Shown here piece after piece: positions 58,942-64,000 of a stretch of 64,000 nt of DNA; position 1 is the stretch's first letter, and each line of letters opens with the position of its first letter. The notes under the pieces were generated by a model, which made no database searches, was not told the origin of the DNA, and saw only the letters and a list, made by a program, of their open reading frames with translations. Source of the stretch: Candidatus Poribacteria bacterium (lineage in GTDB: Bacteria > Poribacteria > WGA-4E > WGA-3G); contig OZ242349.1 in assembly GCA_965208635.1 (NCBI GenBank), forward strand, positions 4,925,696 through 4,989,695, written 5' to 3'. The position numbers and the translations under genes are program-made.

Positions 58942-59709
58942 TTACCGTTCCGCTTTCAATTTTGCCCAAGACATCGCCAGTTTCGCTTGAGGAGAAACCG
59001 CGGCAAAACCGAGTGCGACAGATAATCCACTGTCCGCAATCGCTTTCACATCAGCACCTGTGAGTGCGACATTGAAAAATGCGATCTCATCAATGAGACC
59101 TGTGAATGCCTCCTGTTTATCATCTCTGGAACCGATGAACTTCGGTCCTGTTTTAAATGGACCCGCGGCGGCATTAGATGCTTCCTCCTCACCATCGACA
59201 TAGACCTTCACTTCTTTACCGTCATAAGTGCCTGCAATCTGATGCCACTTATCATCGTTCAACAAGGATTTAGACCATGTATTATGGGGAATCGGTTGGG
59301 CACACTGTCCCGCGAAATTTAATTTGTGGTCCCTTAATGTCAAGATAACATCGCCACAGGGACCTACGATGATGTCAGACCATGCAGGGGCGGCAGGCGT
59401 TTTAATAAAAGCAACGATCGACACTTCATCTTCGTAGTCAGAAAAATCACCGACAGCAACATGAGCACCACCTTCAAACTTTAAAGCTCCTTCAAATTTG
59501 CCATCGACCCATTGGGCATCAACAATCTTTCCATCATTGCCATTCTCGGAAGAATCCTTTGCCTCACCGCCTTTACCTTCATCAAAGAACCATATTCCCA
59601 CAAGTGCGTCTGCATCGAGCTTGGCAGAACTTAGATTTGGGATCATGAAACTGATGCAGATCAGGATTCCATATACCAAAATTGCTTTCCTCAATTGGAT
59701 TGCTCTCAT
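58942..59709 (-). CDS. Secreted LamG-like (Laminin_G_3) protein; paralog 4
   Basis: LVGIWFFDEGKG...DSSENGNDGKIVDAQWVDGKFEGAL start; C-terminus KLAMSWAKLKAER. I prefer the ATG at 59707-59709, after GGAGGT. Confidence 0.6.
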   Translation of the reverse strand: MRAIQLRKAILVYGILICISFMIPNLSSAKLDADALVGIWFFDEGKGGEAKDSSENGNDGKIVDAQWVDGKFEGALKFEGGAHVAVGDFSDYEDEVSIVAFIKTPAAPAWSDIIVGPCGDVILTLRDHKLNFAGQCAQPIPHNTWSKSLLNDDKWHQIAGTYDGKEVKVYVDGEEEASNAAAGPFKTGPKFIGSRDDKQEAFTGLIDEIAFFNVALTGADVKAIADSGLSVALGFAAVSPQAKLAMSWAKLKAER

Positions 59710-59799
59710 TTTTACCTCCATTTGCGAACGGACGGTTTAATTATCACCAATTACGCTGTTTTTCGTCACAGGCTCCCGGTATCGAAAATTAGGGAGAAC

Positions 59800-61851
59800 T
59801 TACATTTCAGGTTCAATAACGAGATAACTAACGCTCTTTGCTCCCATCTTAATCGGAATCTCAACGGTGTAATTTCTGTCAATTTCGTACTGCTTAGGTT
59901 CCCCTTCTTTTTCACGAATCTTGGCACTTTTAGACAACCCAGTATAATAGAGCGGTAATTTCAAAACGATCTGTTGCGCTGTCGGCGTAGGATTATAGAG
60001 CATCGCCAATCCGCAGGGACGGATTTGCGCGTTAACGTGGAGCGCACAATCAATAGAGCGTCCATCCGGGCGGCACACGTGAATCAGGTCAGAATCCAAT
60101 ATCGGGCGGTACCTTTTGTAGAAGTCAACCCATTTTTTGACCACGACTTTCGTTTGTTGCGTATCAAAAAGCCGAGGGCCGCGATAGCATGCAATCACAC
60201 CACTGCCAAAGTTCTGTGCTAAATGTGATTCGTAATCATCAAGGTGTTCGCAAAGCGGCTCAAATGTCGCGGCAGCACCGCCACCGTGGTACTCTACCAA
60301 GGGGACGAACATCCACCCCATACTCGGTGTTTTTTCATAAGTCCCGTCGTAGATATTCTGTCGGGCAATTAAAATTTGCCGCTCACGGGGCAAACTGAAA
60401 TTCGTTTCGCGATACCCCATACCGCATTTGTTTGAGCCGTTGAGGTAATACTGATCTGGGGAATTGATATAGATACCGCGTGCTCGGCATTCGTGATAAA
60501 AATGAACGCACGCCTCCCACTGGCGCAACTGTGAATCCTCCAAACCGTTATGGTGTTCGTGCGTCGTTGCGGCACAGACATCACCATGATAAGGACCATC
60601 AGTCTCTATGACATCCATTTCGGTTTCATCCATGAAATTTAGCACTCGTTGGAAATAACCATCTGCCCACCTGCTGGCAAGACAAGCACTCTGTCCAAAC
60701 CTACTTCCGGGTTGTCCGGTGTCCGGGTCAATACAGTTGAAGTCGTCACCCACATTCCGAGAAGCACACATCAAAGTATATCCACCGAGTTGAATCCCTT
60801 TACTATGTGCATAATCCGTCAATTCCTTCATCACAGCGATGTATTCCACGTCTTCGCTTTCAATATCGAAACCACTTCCGAAGGTCATAATTACCATTTC
60901 AAATCCAACCTCTGCGCACTGATCAATCGCCAAACGGACAGCGTCCGGTTCAGCACTCCGAACGTGCATTAAGATCGGATTCTCGGTGACCTGTGGTGCG
61001 ACCGTGCGATACATCCTGCGACGTGCGAGTCCTTTTCGTTCACGATCATCACTATCATGCAGAATCTCAAAAGTGCGAAAACTCTTGAAAGTCTCTCCCT
61101 GTTGAAGCAGTACGCCCGGACCGAGTGGATAGCGACTTGTCAGCAACAGTGGCATCTGATAGTGATAATCAACTTGTGTCTTGTAATCCGCATCTGGTCC
61201 CCATTGCGTCGTTTCCATTCCACTGAAGGCATAATCGCTTTCGACACGCAACCGATGCTTTTCTTCTTCATTGACAGCGAGGATTTCACAGCTTAAGGCA
61301 TCCAGTTGAATCGGTTTTTGACTCTCATTGCGAACAGTGATCCATTTGGACAGTACCGGAATGCCTTTGTATAGTTCATAATGCACACAAACCCTAATTG
61401 CATCAACGGATGATGGGGGCGCGAATTCAACGCTCAGCGTCACACCTTCTGGTGGATACACTGATGATGTGTCAGAACGCCTGCGTACCCACGGATATCG
61501 GGTTTCGGGTTCACCGACCCGGTAGCCGCGAAATTGAAACGCATTCTCGTCACTGGTCAAATCTACAACCCAATCCGAATCAAGATAAGCGTAGTCGGGC
61601 TGTCCTTTCAAGCCACCCACCTCAAATGGGTGCCCGTCAATCGTAAGTATTGCCTCTGGTTTAATGCCACGAAGAAGACTGCTATCGGTAATTTGATTGG
61701 TATAATCGACTGTTGCGAAATTAGGTGAAGTGACGAATGTCCGTCGAATGAGTCCATTATTGAGAATGAGCCGATTGTCCGTTTCCTCTACTGAAGCAGG
61801 ACGACCAAAAGGGTGAACCAACCAATCATTTCGCTGTGATGTGTGCTGCAT
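59800..61851 (-). CDS. Putative TIM-barrel glycoside hydrolase (alpha-galactosidase/GH36-like; family uncertain)
   Basis: Weak resemblance only. I prefer the ATG at 61849-61851 (MQHTSQ...), 6 nt after GAGGA. Confidence 0.3.
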   Translation of the reverse strand: MQHTSQRNDWLVHPFGRPASVEETDNRLILNNGLIRRTFVTSPNFATVDYTNQITDSSLLRGIKPEAILTIDGHPFEVGGLKGQPDYAYLDSDWVVDLTSDENAFQFRGYRVGEPETRYPWVRRRSDTSSVYPPEGVTLSVEFAPPSSVDAIRVCVHYELYKGIPVLSKWITVRNESQKPIQLDALSCEILAVNEEEKHRLRVESDYAFSGMETTQWGPDADYKTQVDYHYQMPLLLTSRYPLGPGVLLQQGETFKSFRTFEILHDSDDRERKGLARRRMYRTVAPQVTENPILMHVRSAEPDAVRLAIDQCAEVGFEMVIMTFGSGFDIESEDVEYIAVMKELTDYAHSKGIQLGGYTLMCASRNVGDDFNCIDPDTGQPGSRFGQSACLASRWADGYFQRVLNFMDETEMDVIETDGPYHGDVCAATTHEHHNGLEDSQLRQWEACVHFYHECRARGIYINSPDQYYLNGSNKCGMGYRETNFSLPRERQILIARQNIYDGTYEKTPSMGWMFVPLVEYHGGGAAATFEPLCEHLDDYESHLAQNFGSGVIACYRGPRLFDTQQTKVVVKKWVDFYKRYRPILDSDLIHVCRPDGRSIDCALHVNAQIRPCGLAMLYNPTPTAQQIVLKLPLYYTGLSKSAKIREKEGEPKQYEIDRNYTVEIPIKMGAKSVSYLVIEPEM

Positions 61852-61990
61852 GTTAAGTCCTCGTTCCATTGGGGTCCAAAGTTTGGATATCTGGAATTTA
61901 TTCTAACATGAGTTCGATAATATAAGGTGAATTGAATTTCAAATTGCCCATGAGACATATTCATGATAAAATAGCGATCACACCGAACCC

Positions 61991-62320
61991 TTGAGAATAT
62001 ACACGACAGAGGAGAAAATATACGATGAAAAACGTTATACTTCAGACATATTGTGTAATACTGATTACTTTGTTAATTTCCGGCGAGAGGCCGATCTTGG
62101 ACAACCCATCCAAGAAACAGCAGCCCAATATCAAGGCGTGGTAGGTCTTTTTGCCCGCGAATTTGAAAAAGGTTGGGCAGTGTATAATCGTAGCGGTTCC
62201 AAGCAAACCATCACTTTCAATGACAGCACTATGGGAGTTAACGGCGGCAATCGTCAGTTCCACCATGAGATTCCAGATTTTGACGGAGAGATTCTCTTGA
62301 AAGAAAAAAGAAAGGATTGA
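61991..62320 (+). pseudogene. Possible 3' remnant of a larger gene (protein-like C-terminal segment ...GWAVYNRSGSKQTITFND...) with no plausible start; overlaps a 39-codon ATG/RBS ORF (62025-62144) in another frame
   Basis: The ORF begins at a TTG with no RBS, and its sequence looks like a domain C-terminus rather than an N-terminus. Confidence 0.2.
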
Positions 62321-62322
62321 AA

Positions 62323-63333
62323 ATGTTAAAAGCAATTTTGCACACACGTCCCGCGCGGCAACTCGACACTATTTTCACATCGACAGATCTGCAACGCCTC
62401 GGGAACACTGTTGAAGTGATATGGGGTAAGGACGAACAGATGCCTGAAGAGGCATGGACAGAAGCGAAAAAAGAGGCATCAATTCTCATCGGTATCCCTA
62501 GCTACGGCATCGGTGATGTCGACGAAAATGCGGCCCCGCATCTGAAGGCTATTATGGAGGTGGGTGGAGCACATCCAAGAAAAGAGTCAGTTGATTACCA
62601 GACCTGCTTCAGACGGAGCATTCGTGTACTGAGTTGCGCCCCTGCCTTCGCCAAAATGGTGGCTGAGATGGCGTTGGGACATGCTCTGGGGGCGTTACGA
62701 AATATCGTCGATGCGGATCGGCGAATGCGTCGTGGTGAGGAGAACTGGGGATGGCGCGGACAAGCCGATATTTGCACACTCTATAATGCAACAGTGGGTA
62801 TCATCGGCTATGGAAACCTCGCACGGGAACTGCGACTGTTGTTGGCACCTTTCAAATGTGAACTTCATGCCTACGACCCATGGCTTCCTGACACACATCT
62901 ACAACAGCAAGGAGTACATCCGATGGGGCTGGAGGAACTGCTACAAACGTGCGATGTAACATTCGTTTTAGCGATTCCGACACAAGAAAACAGGGAGTTA
63001 CTCACTCGTGAAAAACTGGAACAAATTAAACCGGGAGCAGTGCTCGTTCTCGCGAGCCGATCGCATCTCGTTGATTTCGACGCACTCCTTGAATTAGCAA
63101 ATACTGGTAGATTTCGTGCGACGATTGATGTCTACCCTGAGGAACCACCCCCGCCCGATCACCCAGTCCGGGAGACGGAAAACACAATACTGACGTGTCA
63201 CATGGCGGGTGGTATTGATCCCGCATTTTTCGACATCGGGAGAATGGTTACAGATGACGTTGAAGCTATTGTGGCTGGGTTACCACCAATTCGTATGCAA
63301 GTTGCACAACCTGAACTTGTCGCAAGGCGTTGA
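62323..63333 (+). CDS. D-isomer-specific 2-hydroxyacid dehydrogenase family (NAD-binding)
   Basis: GIIGYGNLARELRLLLAPFKCELHAYDP (GxGxxG NAD-binding); catalytic Arg/Glu/His region ...CHMAGG; ATG at 62323 after AAGGA (the ORF-track TTG at 62317 is rejected). Confidence 0.7.
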   Translation: MLKAILHTRPARQLDTIFTSTDLQRLGNTVEVIWGKDEQMPEEAWTEAKKEASILIGIPSYGIGDVDENAAPHLKAIMEVGGAHPRKESVDYQTCFRRSIRVLSCAPAFAKMVAEMALGHALGALRNIVDADRRMRRGEENWGWRGQADICTLYNATVGIIGYGNLARELRLLLAPFKCELHAYDPWLPDTHLQQQGVHPMGLEELLQTCDVTFVLAIPTQENRELLTREKLEQIKPGAVLVLASRSHLVDFDALLELANTGRFRATIDVYPEEPPPPDHPVRETENTILTCHMAGGIDPAFFDIGRMVTDDVEAIVAGLPPIRMQVAQPELVARR

Positions 63334-63356
63334 ACCCAGTGTAACAGGGACCTCAA

Positions 63357-64000
63357 TTAATACGGTAATTCGATAGATAACGTTGTCATAAATTCGTCCG
63401 CTACGCGGCGGTTGTACACACGTGCTGAAATGACCGAGCCGTAGATGTTGCCGGCATAGAAAATACCACTGAGTGTGCCAAGCGTCCACCCTTTTGCCGA
63501 TGAAAGTCCATCTCTCTGGAAACCATCGTACGCCTGCCAACCCGCTAAACCAACAATGAACAGAGAAGTGAGTGCGTCGCTGATCCTGCCTGTATAGAGT
63601 CGTCCGGCTCCGGGTACGATCGTAGAGAGAGCCCCGGCTAAAAATGGACTGCGGGTAGGTAGGTCTCCTCCTTTCTCTGCGTAACTGTGATACACTACCG
63701 CCTTTTGGCTGATAGAAGTCACCTCCGATCTCTGCAGCGTTTTGAAAACCTGACCTGCTTCAGACCACTGTTTCTGCATCAGATATGAAAGTCCAATCAA
63801 CTGCTCGGCTTCAGCGTGTTGTCGTGCATCCGTTACGTGTGGCAGTACCTCACGGAGAAATCCCACAGATTGCTCAAATTGATCCTGGAGAAAATAGGTA
63901 GCACCAATCTGATAGTATGCTTGGCTTGTAAATCGACCTTCGGGGTGTGCCTGCAAAAGCATCTGAAAATTCTGGATGGCTTGCTCTGTTTGACCGGCAA
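63357..64000 (-). CDS. TPR plus DUF5683-like membrane protein, paralog of 48401..49258; 5' end probably beyond the window
   Basis: LAGALSTIVPGAGRLYTGRISDALTSLFIVGLAGW aligns with the paralog's C-terminal block. The frame stays open upstream of the ATG at 63962 to the window edge, and there is no signal peptide after that ATG. Confidence 0.45.
   Translation of the reverse strand, partial: AGQTEQAIQNFQMLLQAHPEGRFTSQAYYQIGATYFLQDQFEQSVGFLREVLPHVTDARQHAEAEQLIGLSYLMQKQWSEAGQVFKTLQRSEVTSISQKAVVYHSYAEKGGDLPTRSPFLAGALSTIVPGAGRLYTGRISDALTSLFIVGLAGWQAYDGFQRDGLSSAKGWTLGTLSGIFYAGNIYGSVISARVYNRRVADEFMTTLSIELPY

Noticed and set aside
62025-62144. 39-codon ORF with GGAG RBS and a hydrophobic N-terminus as a real small secreted peptide
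   Set aside because: It overlaps a longer protein-like frame, and no conservation evidence is available. Left as uncertain rather than annotated.
1-64000. tRNA, rRNA or tmRNA genes
   Set aside because: No cloverleaf-like GTTC(G/A)ANYC T-arm contexts or rRNA-like conserved stretches were seen in intergenic regions. I cannot run a covariance model, so small ncRNAs remain possible (notably 12522-13447 and 14252-14725).

Overview
This 64 kb window reads as a bacterial chromosomal segment of roughly 50% G+C with no rRNA, tRNA or CRISPR-cas that I can see. The gene content includes several Gfo/Idh/MocA oxidoreductases, xylose-isomerase-like TIM-barrel proteins, a sulfatase, a PhyH dioxygenase, four secreted LamG (Laminin_G_3) proteins, a Kelch protein, a fused TAXI-TRAP permease, and a DtxR-controlled ABC-3 metal uptake operon with an MbfA-like ferritin-VIT exporter. 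By inference only, this looks like a PVC or candidate-phylum-like heterotroph. The most striking feature is a lower-GC, horizontally acquired-looking island at 3575-11235. It encodes three genes in a row: a fused PLD-nuclease/SNF2 helicase, a 1183-aa gamma-class N6-adenine methyltransferase of Type IIG/PglX-like architecture with an AT-rich C-terminal specificity region, and a translationally coupled TIR-domain protein. The 3' end of the TIR gene is replaced by an IS3-family insertion sequence that has an inverted partial second copy. I cannot match this gene combination to any described defence system: the DISARM core DrmA/DrmB and the BREX core BrxC/PglZ are both absent. I propose it as a candidate new RM-like plus TIR-effector defence module. 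The window is also full of small dispersed non-coding repeats: a REP-like hairpin (4 copies, one carrying a compensatory stem change), a ~235 bp MITE-like element (2 copies, one splitting the helicase and methyltransferase genes), a tandem-repeat element, a 30 bp repeat, conserved 5'-leader motifs, and a 33 bp direct repeat pair upstream of the TRAP transporter gene. Many ORF-track starts are TTG or GTG placeholders; I moved starts to ATG plus RBS wherever the sequence supports that.
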